Shown: positions 25,621 through 38,345 of the stretch, piece by piece | Layout: the number at the start of each line of letters is the position of its first letter | How positions within the stretch are numbered: position 1 is the stretch's first letter | NCBI RefSeq assembly: GCF_000150275.1 | Contig: NW_002060974.1 | Coordinates: 342,633 to 406,632 of the forward strand | Length of the DNA stretch: 64,000 nt | From: Trichoplax adhaerens | Lineage: Eukaryota; Animalia; Placozoa | Direction: 5' to 3' | Position numbers and translations under genes: made by a program | Notes under the pieces: generated by a model | Seen by the model: the letters and a program-made list of their open reading frames with translations, nothing else | What the model was told of the DNA's origin: nothing | Databases searched by the model: none

Positions 25621-28600
25621 TAAGTTGGGGTAGAAGTATTGCAACGTATCGCACGGATACAATATTACGAAATCATAGCTGTCATCGGATCACTGGACAA
25701 CATGAGTTATATGACCCAAAAAAATTAAGTAGTATAGTGAATGTCCTTTCATTGTTCTAGTTCTATCTATTTAATAAGTTATATGTAGTAATGTCTTGTG
25801 CATAGTAGATAGATTAAAATCTTATTCTGAATAAAAAAATATTTGTAGTTAATCACTGTTATTAGTAAAGGGTTAGCTTTTAACGTTTTGATTCATAAAT
25901 CATTTCTATGGAATCGCCACTGCCATATAGGAATGACCCACACTGAGTGGATTTAGATAGTTGGAGTTAACACCTTGAGAAAGATAAATCAATGCAGTTG
26001 TAAATAACAGCTATGAGCAGCTGTAAATCATATTGATAGTATTATGATAACGGTAATAAGTCTTTCAATTGAGTACATCTCAGGAAGTTGGTACTGTCTC
26101 CTGTTGTATAGCAAAACAATTGTCATGTGGATAGTGCTTGGAAGTAATATTGAAATGCTTTATTTACTATTAAAATTGTAAGATGGTGTTGTTGTATTCT
26201 GGTTGATGCAATTACCTTGTTACCATTAATCCATCTTATACCATTTGAATGATAGCTTCTCGATGTGTTAACTTTAGTATTGCAAACACTTTATTTTCTC
26301 TTGTTACTGCTTAACTCTTAAAATTTAGCAATTATTACCAGCTATTTATAATCACAATGGTTGTTATTTAACGGATTTTAGTATTAATTTGCTTATTGTT
26401 TTGTAATGTATGCGATTTCTCGCCAGTCAATAGATATATGATTTTCAATCTCATTCCTGCTAGAAAGTTGAATGAAAGCAGTGATGTTACTAAATAATAT
26501 TATGCAGAAATTTTGCATTCTGGCTGAGCTGCGCACCCAAATATTAATATCTTATATTGTACGTTGCCATAATATGTACTTAGTCTAATCTACGTACAAT
26601 TTTAATTCATTTGGCAAGATAATAATATTATTGAAATTTTTACTTAACTGACGAGTACTGTACGCCTAGATATTTTAAAATACAGGTTTCGATTGTTATA
26701 GTATTTAGTGCATTAAAGACTATTCTCGATCGATGTAAGGCTGATGGTAGTTTCAATATGGAGTGAATTAGTTTGTTCTTCAAGCATTTCTGTTTGAATT
26801 TTATAGTGAGCATCACAGTATTATAGATTAGAGAGGATAGGACCTACGGTACCATTTTATTTGCACTTGCGGTATAGCATAAGGAAATTTTGTTGATACT
26901 TCAATTGAACGTCTTTCTTGGAGATAAGGACAAAAGTTGATAATGGATTTTCATGCAGTGGTAGTATATATGAAAAAATTATACGTGCTACAACTAGATA
27001 TAGGTAAATTCTTCAGGGGAATAATTCGTAAGATTTCATCCGGCAGTGAGCACGGTGGACGGTATAGTAATACAGTAATCTTAGGACAGAAGATCCCGTT
27101 CTATTCCCAGGCCAAGCTGTATCCATTGCTATTTATTTTTATTTTTTAATCAATAAATCCATTTCCTTTAGTTTACTCACGATCATCATCAATTTACTGT
27201 ACATGGCTTGATCGATTCTTATCTCAACGCAAATATACTACTGTACTATGTTATCTTATATCGATAAATTCATTTCCTTCTGATAATTAATCGATTACCA
27301 TCATTTCTAACGACCGCCATTATAATTATCAGTTGTTGGGGGTATCCTTTTCAATCTAATTAACGTTTACAATCTGACAAAATAGAAGAAGGGGTAAGCA
27401 CTATTAGAGTCTAATAAGACGAAATTTAATCTTTTCATTGTTGTTATAGGATGGAAAACGACTTTGTTATAGGGAACAGTTACACTAACAATAGAACAGC
27501 ATATGTCGCATGCAAAAAAATCAATCTGTTAGATAAGTAATCTTTGAACTCTGGTTTCTACATTCTTAACACATAGATGATATCACGGATATCCACTATG
27601 ACAATCGGATTCGATATATTCCTGATGATGGCAATAAAATGATGCTACCATAGATTGTAATTGCCTCGTCAATATCATAATATTAGTACAGTTGTTTATT
27701 ACATAACATCGAGGAAATAGATTATCCCATAATCTATTCATCAAAAAGTAATGCTTCGTCCAAGAAATGACGGCTTGTTGGTACAAGAGTAGTTAATGGC
27801 AGCTGGCGAATTCTGTCACGTAATTTGGACAGTCAATATCCTGGTTTTTGAATATACTCCTACTTGATAATTCTAATTCCTAGCATAAATATAGCTTGGA
27901 TTCATTGTATCATGAATAATAAATTTTCTAGTAGTTGTTCTACCAACAAATAGAAGAAATTCATAGTTGGTACTGCTTATGTAATCAAGGGCCATTCAAT
28001 CGACCTCACGTGATGCTGAATTTAGTTTACCGCAGAGTAAATAAAGCCCAGCGTAATTGCTTCGTCATCATACTATAGTGCTAAGGTAAAGATATGCTCG
28101 GATGAGAATAACGTGAAAGTAGTCGATTTATTTATAGAAGAATTAATTTAACTATGAATAGCAGCAGCCTGGCGTTATAAAATCTATAAAAGAAGTAACA
28201 GCTCTTCAAGACGAACAATCAATTCTTGATTCATCCATTCAATATTGTGATACTCAGATACGCAATAATTTCAATGAACGATGCATAGCGTTCGGTACGT
28301 TGTGCTATAACTGTGCCACAACCAAGTAATTTCTAGATTACTTATATAGACAGAGATATGATAGTTATCTTCTCTTTTTAAAGATAATGACATCGTAGTG
28401 TTACCAAACTTAATTAATACAGCGTATAGAATAGCAAGTATAAATAGAATGTTCACAGAAGTTCAAGGTAGAATCATAATGTTGTTAATAATAAAAGTAG
28501 ATACCTAGCCGGATTACAGGATCATTTTAAATGTACTGGTGAAGTATCATTGATTACATTTGAAATAGCATAACGAAAATTCTGAATTTTGAACGCATTT

Positions 28601-28917
28601 TAATTCCACTAATGAATTATATGGCCGAAGATACGTAAGAGATTGATTATTTGACATATTGCTACAGTAAAGATTCTCTGAATACCTCATTCACTTACTT
28701 GATTTGTCCATGAGACACTTCAATAGCCTAAAAATATCTAAGCAACTGGGTAGTATCGGCACAAAGAGAAATATTACTAATCATGCAGAACTCTTTATAC
28801 TATAAGATTAATGTCATTGTTTGACAGAAACAGATTCGTCTTTTATTGCGGCTGTAATTTATCAATTCTGTATAGATAGAATATGTATTAAAATGGTAAT
28901 AGGATCTCTCGTTGATT

Positions 28918-31900
28918 CTAGTTAAAAGTGTTCAAGAGTTCGTCAGGCAGATCTAGGGCTTTATGGAGGAATGCAATCTCAAAAGCAGCCTGCAGTATAA
29001 AGCAAATTTATTATGTTACCAACTGATACAATATTCAGTGAAGCAACGGAGCTATTAATAAATTCGTACGCTTTCATGAAGCAAAGCATCAATAAAGCTA
29101 ATAAAGTTGACTATTATAGAAGCAGTGTGTAAATATAGTCCAGAAAAATAATTGAATCTAGTCAATCAATTACGGAACATTAAATAGTATCTTTGTGTCC
29201 GCTAACCCCTAGGTTACCAATATCGTTCGTTTAACATAACTACAGCCGTTCCCAATTGGAATTGCATCTACGACTAGTATTACATAGATACTACTGTAGT
29301 TGGTAGAAGTTTCACAAATTCAGGCACATTAGGCATTACCTCTTTTAATCCTTCATCGCCAGCTGTACCATAATGACCGGATGACAGATTAGTTTTTAAG
29401 ATGTGATAAATTTTATTATTCGTTGTGGCACCTTCATGTTGTGATTGATAGTCTCGTTGAGCTGCTCTCAATTTTGCCATAAAGCGAACTGGAGACCAAT
29501 AAGGTACTCGATTGTCATTATAAGATGCAGTTAATAGCAAAGAAGGATAAAGCTAATAGTTGGCACAAAAAAATAAGACCAATACAAAAAAGTAACATGC
29601 ATTCAGCAACAACAATTGCATACGTGTATTTAAATAACAAAATTAAACTATGTAGCAGAAACCTACATTGCGCTGAATATTGGTGTAAGGGCAGTAAGAA
29701 CAAATATAGTCAAATACATGGCTGGAATTTAAATCACCCCATTCTTCATACTCTTCGACAGTCAATGGCAAGGACTGATCAAGCATCGTTCCCAAGATAT
29801 CTACATGTGGTACCTAAAATGACAAGATCATAAATAGACGATAAACCTTGTATTTAATTTCCAGTATGGTACATACTACAGGCCAATGCAATCGGCTACT
29901 CTAAGCTTACCTTCATAATTGCTGCAGCTATTTTATTCGGGTGATTGTTACAAAGATGAGCAACAATCAAACCTCCGGCACTAGTACCTTTGCAAGATGT
30001 CAATGTTGGCTTAGTGTAGCCTTGATCTTGTACCTCATTAATGCAAGCTAAGAAGTCATAGAATGAATTCATTTTATTAAGTTGACGACCTTGATAATAC
30101 CAATGCCTTCCAAATTCACCACCACCCCTGTAAAATTAAAATGAAACATGTAATTGCTGCATTTAATTTAATGGTAAAATATAGCAATTACAAAATAGAG
30201 TTATGCACATCTTCGGTTCAGTTTTTGGTAGTATTTATCAACTGTATCCTTGGTAATGTCGATTAATGCCTTACTGTACATATAAAGTTTAATCACCTGA
30301 CATGACAGAAGGCAAGAACCCATCCAGCTTTCAACAAACACATATTTTGAACTGAAAACTGTCGGTTTAATTCCATTCCATAAGCACCATAAACTATGGC
30401 TAGCAAAGGAGTGCTGCTATTCAGAACGATATCTTTGCGATGACATAACGATATTGGTATTTTACATCCATCCTGTAAATGATTTTGTAGTAATTAACTT
30501 TGAAATTCACACTTAAAATAATAATATCAAATAATAGACCTATATCATTTCACGTAGCATCGTAATATCTAGGTTAGTGTTACTTTGTCTAACCTTGCTA
30601 GTGGCATGTGAAATATAGAATGAGTATTGATCACTATCCAAGCCAATCGTTGATGGCGTCAAGTTGTTTAATGCCATAGTTCTCATATCCAACTCATAAA
30701 ATGTATCAGCAATTAGAGGGGACGAATATGAAAACCTTACAGTATCTGCGGAGAAAGTAAAGTTAGAAGCAGAGGCGATGGTACCAATAGGAAGTTTAAA
30801 GGTTTGGCATTGGAGTGGTGAATGTAGGTTAACTATTGTTATCTGCGGTTCTAAGTTTTCTCTTTGGTAGAGAACACAATAATCTGCAAAGATATCCATA
30901 TCATCTAAGAGAGTGTCAGTACTATCACTAGCAGAGTCCTTATCCATAGCTTGCAGTTCTTTCCAATTATCACGACCAGGATTTTGATCAGGTGCCATCA
31001 TAACCTGTCCAAAAAGTATTACAAGCTTTCATTATGTACACCACACTCGTATCAAGATTCTGTGCCAATACATGACTGAGAATTAGTATAGCGATAATTT
31101 GATTCTAAATAGTCTTGGTTGATACACATTCTATAACGTTATTAACTAGCATTTATTAGCGTAAAGCAGCTTGAATAGATTCAAAGTTTCATCATCCAAA
31201 ACATACGATAAGCTGCTCAAGTGCTCATCCATTCCTGGCTGAAGAATAATAATTATATAATTTATGTCTAACGCAAAAGCTGTTTACTTAAAATGTAGCC
31301 GTGTGTAGATTAAATATTCAATATAATCAATTACTATCAAAATCTGTTCTGTAAAGTTGCAATTCATTGGGCAATGACACACTGTAACTGATTCTTAATA
31401 AGCCATTAAAAGCATGACATGGAAAATGGCGTCGGTATGCAAAAGATAGTCGCACGCATTTTCATTTACCTTATATTTTCCTGAAGATTTGTCATTAGTT
31501 AATATATAAAAATGATTGTTGCTATGATCGACATAACATTCACAGTCAAGTTCCCTTTCTTTAATAAGAACCGGTTTAGATTTCAATTTTTCTGTATCTA
31601 AAGCCCAAACCTGTTAGGGTAACAAATACATAGAAACTAGTCACGAAATGCTGATAATTAAAGCAGAAAAATTGAATACGTACGTACCTCAGATGATGAT
31701 TTTGAATTCAAGTTAATAGTAAGAAAGCGATGATTCTTTGTACATACAATATGTAGGAAATACTTTTCGTCATCTTCTTGGAAGAGTAGTCGATCCGTTA
31801 GTCTAGAATCGAACGCTCTTAACCATACTTGGTAGGGTCGACGTCTATAATTTTGTTTAGTATAGATAATACTATCTTCATTCGATGCAAATTCAACAGC

Positions 31901-33003
31901 GAACGCATCCCTGATTACGTCTATCACATTCGGTTGATTTCCACTTAGATCTATTATATGTGCTTCATAATTTTCTTTTCCGTTAGTGTCAAAAGTGTAA
32001 GCAACTAGCTAGGTAAAATATTAGAAATAAGAAAGCAATTGCATTCTCATTAATATATACTACATGCGATTCATACAATCCATCAGTTCATTAACACGCA
32101 AATCTTAAACACCTCTAGGAGCAACTACGAGGTACAGTACAAGAAAAACTAAACAGCAGCTAATGACTTTACCATAATATTTTTACGCTATAAAACTGAT
32201 GATATGTGCAACACATACCCGGTGAGATGGAGAAACTTTCAGCTGACCGACACAACAATGTTGATGTCTTTTCGACAAATCATTTAGATCTAAAATGACT
32301 TCTTCATTATTATCGACAAGATTGCTATCCAGCTTACGGCGACAATAAATAGGTAAAGATGCAGCGCTCTCTTCTTTCATATAATACTCATATTTTTCCA
32401 ATATCTTTATAAAAGAAATATACGATAATCTTTAACATATAATATGTAATGATAAGTCGATGAACTTAGTTATCTGCATTCTAATTATAGGCATACTGGA
32501 GATATTGTAATAAAATCGAATTGATTAGGACAATCATGGCAGAGGCTGACGGAAGCGTTTTCGCATTTATTATACTATTTGCAACCATTTGTTTTTAAAT
32601 AGCTTACAAATACTGTAGGTACGAAGATTACCTCAGGAGGAACAGTTAGCTGAGCTTCTATGTCACTCATTGTTCGTACTAGCTTAGATTGGATTGATTT
32701 TGTATTTGTCATGACCTTCTTAGCATATGAATTTTCTTGCTGAAGATATTTCATGACTGCTGCATTACCTTGATCTTTCAACCAGTGATAGGGATCTGAA
32801 ATTGTTTTGCCATGCACACTAATAGTCCAAGGTTTGATAGCTGCTTTCGGAGTTGAAATATAATCTTTACGGTTGAAAGGCCAATTAAATTTTAATCTTC
32901 TTGACAGTAATTGGTACGGCAATGAGAACTTGTTGTGTATATTGCCTATCCATTCGCTTGATATAAGCTTGGACATAGATCCTTTCAATATGACCGTCGC
33001 CAT
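28918..33003 (-). CDS. PREPL: Prolyl endopeptidase-like / oligopeptidase B-type S9A serine peptidase, 10 exons
   Basis: DPYHWLKD N-terminal motif, beta-propeller exons, VYGAYG, FCHVRGGGEFGRHWY, nucleophile GTSAGG, LPLTVEEYEEWG, YCPYTNI, NDNRVP (Asp), SGHYG (His). Exons (minus): 33003-32632, 32404-32219, 32008-31688, 31610-31470, 31004-30594, 30472-30297, 30127-29911, 29813-29667, 29552-29340, 28989-28918. Confidence 0.88.
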
Positions 33004-35080
33004 TCCAGGTAAGACTAGCTGGTTATCACTCCAAAACGATATGCAGTATATCCATAAATACAGTGCCGTGATTAAAATTAGAAATCATGCTATCGTTTAA
33101 AAGTCCACCGTGTACCATACATGAACACCATTGACATAATAGCCATTTATTAGAGGTTAGCGTTAAATATCGTTGCAGCTCCAACAGCTCGTTGTTGCAA
33201 AGCTTCCACCTATCAATACAGTAATAAGTTAGTAGTCGCCGATATTAAAAATGGTCAGGGGATTGTAGATTATTGATGTAAGCGATAGCAGCTACTCTTC
33301 ACCCACTGCTCTATTAAAAATGCTTTCTTCTAGCTTCGATCGATTATACTATCATCAATGCAATCATTGAGCAGTCTTAAAGTAGCAAGATGCTGGCTTG
33401 CAGTTTTCTGGCATTGCAGATACTGCTGGAATAAGATCGATTGGTTTCTGGCAGGTCCTTTTGCGCTTCGTGTCCAAGAGTCCATCCGTACTGCGTGCTA
33501 TGCACAGTACCTGCGCAGTTGCACTCCCTTCTTGTAACACATATCGACATAGGCAATACAGTAGCCTATCCACTTTAGCTTATTTCATACACATACCCAA
33601 TATAGTATGAAATCTCATACTAATCACTATTTTGTGACTCAAACGGTACTTTTAGCCTATATACTGCATTCTAAAGCAACAGGTGTGCAAGTGTAACAGG
33701 TTGTGCACTGTGCAGGAAATGTTGCTGATAGTTCAAACTTAATTGACTATGGCCTTCGAATGAAGACTCTCCTAGCCTTGTAGATTTAATACTTTATACT
33801 ATTATTGGCAAGTATGGATGTAATTGAAGTTACGGATGCCCATTTAGTGTCCTATAATAATAGTAATTAATATTTGCTAATTTCACCTATTGTACATTGA
33901 GTGTACAAATATAGATCTATTTTAGAGCTGGACTATATTTCCATGGTAACAACATTTCCTGTACATCATTCCACTATAGTTGCCATTTAGACCTCGAAAT
34001 GTTAATTACTGTTAAAGTCAAGTTATGCATGCACATTAGTTACTTAATGCTGTGATTACTATATGCCTTATTAGCCATTAAACAACACTATCATTATAAT
34101 TATAATGTAAGCTCAAACAAGATATTGCGAAACTAATTACACCTACAAGCTTTATTACAAATGGCACTAATAAAATCTTAAATCTTAGTACCACCTAGTG
34201 CAAAGTAATATGAACAAACTTTAGTGCTTTCATTCAACCGATTAAACCCGTTTAGTAACAATCATTATGTGTACGTACATTTATTATAATCGCAAAAACG
34301 GATGAGATTATGACTGGGCTTACATTTCATATCGTCAAAGGGTATATCTGCACGATCGTTCCACAGATTTGAAATTGAAATAAATTCACTCTAAAATAGA
34401 CTCAATGTTTAGAAACATTAAAGTCTAAAAATAGCATGCTGATAGTTAATTTGGAAGTAGCTCGCAACTTCGGTTGCATGTATAATGTACACTATATATT
34501 AAATACTATTATATCGTGGAGGAATAAAAGTAACCAATTTTTTCTATGCATACACGGTAAATTATAGGTATAGGGGCAAGTGGTCCAACAGCTATAACTT
34601 GGTTGAGGAGGTAAATATTAATAAGCCTTTAGCCTGTATAGTTATGGACATCGTCTAATAAATGTTGATTACAATTCAAATAGTTAACGAACAAAGATTT
34701 ATAAACAGAATATATATCATATACATTACAAATCGTATTCATTGACATAGTAATTTCGTTCAATTTTATTTTCTCATAAACAGCCAAAAATTAAAGAGGC
34801 AGTATCATCTAGAACTTTAGTTCATCATATTAAGCACTTAGTAAATGCAAGTTTATATTCTCATCAGTATGAAAATAAATCAGTACGAAAATGATTGGAT
34901 AAATAACAGACTTGCGTAGTCCACCTTCGCAATATTATTAAATATTGATTATAGATATTATTTACGAAATAATTTAGAGTCTGAGCTGCCTTGGAAATCA
35001 TTAGTATTCAATAAGGAATAGCGTAGTAGACGATAATATTGTGAGGATTTCAACTTGAAATATGCTTTCGGTGATGCAGT

Positions 35081-36780
35081 TTAAACTTCGTTTTCTTCAA
35101 AAAACTCAGCATCTATACCTAATTTGGTATGGCAATCATAAAACTATTTTCAGAAATAGTTTATCAGATAGAAATCTATCTTTTGTCTTATAGTATGCAA
35201 TTTTAACAAAGCCTGATTGAGATGTATCATATGCTCATACCGTGAGTATCACCTAAAATAACAGGATTGACATCGTCAATAGAGTGCCCTCTCGGAAAAT
35301 TATCTGGCCTAGAAGTAGTAAGAGAGCCAATAGTGATTGGAAGCCGCATTATCAAATTCTTCGCTTTTGGAACAAGCACAGTAACCTATATTGAACGAAA
35401 TTAAGAACAGTTTCAGTTTAAAACATCAACTATGACAGCACAAGTACCGTATATCCCATATTTCTCCAAAATTGAAAATAATTAAAATAAATCAGAACCT
35501 GAACACTGTACTCCGCTTTAATAATGCGTCTGTAACTGATTGCTGGTGGTATATGCGGAATGTCGAACGATTCATCATTTAAGTTAAAAGTCTTTCCTCG
35601 ATCGACTGGCTGATCAGATTCAAGTGCCACAATAGTATCGTAATATTTATAAAAATTGCCTATATGCATTGCCAAGTTTATAAAATGAATTAGTAAAATC
35701 CTTCAAAAACTATTACTTACAGTTTATCAACCCATTGAGATCGAGACTACCTTCTACACTAGCTAAAACTCGACGAACTAGTGCCACTTGAATCCCTTTT
35801 AGAACTACATTACTTGAATTCTCACACTCAATATTTAATAACATTGTTTCGCCAGGAAGGTAACCAGAACGATCTGCTTTTATACTTAGTTTAACGGTTC
35901 CAAATTGGCATAAAAAACGATTTAAAGGCTGTTCGAGGCGCAATTGTGATGGCTGTTCCTATATTAGGATAAAATAAGACAATCACCCTTGTTAAATACT
36001 ATCTATCTCAAAATTGTCAAAAATTTCTAGCTTTTTATAATTTAAACTGTCAATATACTGTGAAATAATTTGGCTTCAGCCAGTCCCTATTCTCGTGAAA
36101 TAGTTTACTGTTTTAACTCAGTTATTCCTAGTGCACCATAAATCATAAAGAGGGGATTATACTTACTCGTAATAAGGGGCGAGGTACATCCACTGTTTGA
36201 ATATATGTAAATCCTGTTTCACAAGTGTAATTCTTAGATGGAGGCCTCTCAAATTGAGCAACAATTCCATAAAATATGATACAGTAAGGTCTACTATCAA
36301 ACGATGACGGCATGTCATCATCGGTATTTAATTGATTTGTAAACTTAAATTCATGATAGCCAGCAGGCAATGAATGTCTGCTATCAAACACTTGATCAGA
36401 TGCTATAATATATAGAGGGATAAGAATCAACGCAGATACACAGTTAGAAAGTTTCCATCAAAATTATTACTAGGGTTTATCTGTTATAGATAGTAAGTGC
36501 ATAATTCATGGTATCCATACAGATTCGGCATGTTTTTAACAATAATTTCCTTACCATCACCCCAAATAGTTTGCTTTTCATCAAGGAAGTAGTGATCGAC
36601 ATTACAACCATGTTTACTTCTAGAAGCAGCCGAAGCCCGTCCACGAAGGCGAATACTCAAACCCAATGCTGGCATTGCAACTTGTATTTGGATTTTGATG
36701 GTGCCATTTATAATATCGCCTTTATAATAATTAGCTTTAGGATTTTCTAGCTGGATTTCGAAAAGAGTCAATTTTCCCAT
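35081..36780 (-). CDS. Alpha-arrestin (arrestin domain-containing protein, ARRDC-like)
   Basis: Arrestin_N (YYKGDIINGTI; IRLRGRA; LPAGYHEFKF; MPSSF) and Arrestin_C (GYLPGETMLLNIECENSS; IPHIPP; IIKAEYSVQV; LPITIG). Exons: 36780-36555, 36402-36167, 35958-35721, 35659-35499, 35385-35241, then ~35118/35112-35081. Alternatively the frame reads through to a stop at 35227. Confidence 0.85.
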
Positions 36781-38054
36781 GTTAATTACTTCTATCTTCT
36801 AAGCTGGAACCAATAGGGTAAAAAGAAAGGATTGATTAGAGCTTTAAACTTTTGAAATCTCAGTTTAGGAAACACGTTCTAGTTCAATGGAAATACGAAT
36901 AGTTTTTCAAATGGAGAGTACAGCAGCAGTTAGTAAAATTAAAGATAGCATTAGTAAATAATTTCATCTCGTAACTTGTCGTTGTCTTAATCTGATGTTA
37001 GAAAAGCAGATTTAAAAAATACAAATGGCTAATTAAAATTTATTATCTTACTATAGTGTTAATATTAGTACGGCAATAATTTTAGCTTAAGCCAATTATA
37101 TTCGATCTGATTGTGGTTTGTCACGCCTAATTAGTATATTGTATAATGTCTATTTACCCATTCTGTAAACATAGCGAAAGTCTTGTTAAAGCATACGTTA
37201 CATGTGTTGAGTAATGCACTTGGTTATGTATTCTCCTTCTTTTTGTAGCATGAGCACCAGAAAAACGTACACTGATGCCCAGAAGTATCTAATCAATGGA
37301 TGCTGAAACAACATAAGCAGTATATTTACCAAGAAATATCCCCAAAAAACTTTACCAGGAACTGTAAAAGACAAGGGTTCATTTTAAGTAATGAGTAAAA
37401 CAAAAATCGGTCACAAGGTGTATACTGATAGCTTCTGCTAGACATGAAGTGAATATTATTTGGCAATCCTTTAACCTGAAGTGTCTTATTTGCTTAGTAT
37501 GGTATCAAATCGCTTTAAAAATTTATGGTACATGTGTATATATACAGCTCATTATAGCTAAGTAAATGCACATAGAAATCAAACTAGCTTGAATTTTATA
37601 CTACGAGCTACCCTAGCATATCATTTAAAAGCTATTTTAAATGTATTACTTAATACAGTACATTAAATTTGCTTAATTCGATGAACTGTATTTAGCAGCT
37701 TTCGGAAGACGATATAAGCTTAAAAAGTGGATATCTATTGTAGTCGATTCGAATGTATAAGATAATTGCCATATTAGATTGACGACGCTATAATTTATTT
37801 CAATTGCAGCTTCATCATCACCAGCTGAATCATTACTGATCACAAAGCAAGGCAGAAAATCTAAAAACTAACCTGCTCTAATAACTGTATATGCTTATTC
37901 CAGCGTTATATCTTATGATAGTGTTATAAGAAGATTACCTAATCAGCTTGCTGTTAAAGTTTTAATCGTGCAATATGAAATTATACAAATCTTGACTGGC
38001 ATATCCTATATTAATTAATAATGAATTAGTTTAGATAATTTGAGACGTTGGATC

Positions 38055-38345
38055 CATCATGATGTCATTGCTACTTTTTTCTCTAATTGCTCACCAGTAC
38101 AAAAACATAATGAATTTAAGGATACGTAGGAATAGGGTGTATATCATCATCTATTTGTTATGCTTATCTTCTAAGCTTAGAATATTTTATATCATATTCA
38201 GCTCAAGACAGATCTTTCTGCTATCTTCTAATTCAGTAAAAGTGATTTAAGTTTTTCGATTTCTCGTTAGCTGTCAACGATTTGATCGTGACATAATTGT
38301 TGAATCATCAGACAATATGTTAATAAAAGAACTGAATTAAATTCA
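38055..38345 (-). pseudogene. Possible heavily decayed CARD/death-fold exon
   Basis: Fragments in shifting frames (SFINILSDDSTIMS / EIEKLKS / FTELEDSRK / GEQLEKKVA) are colinear with the 42.4-42.7 kb CARD-like relic (FIEVEPTDDLLHS / DVNNIKA / GLKLENKAR). Many stops. Confidence 0.25.
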
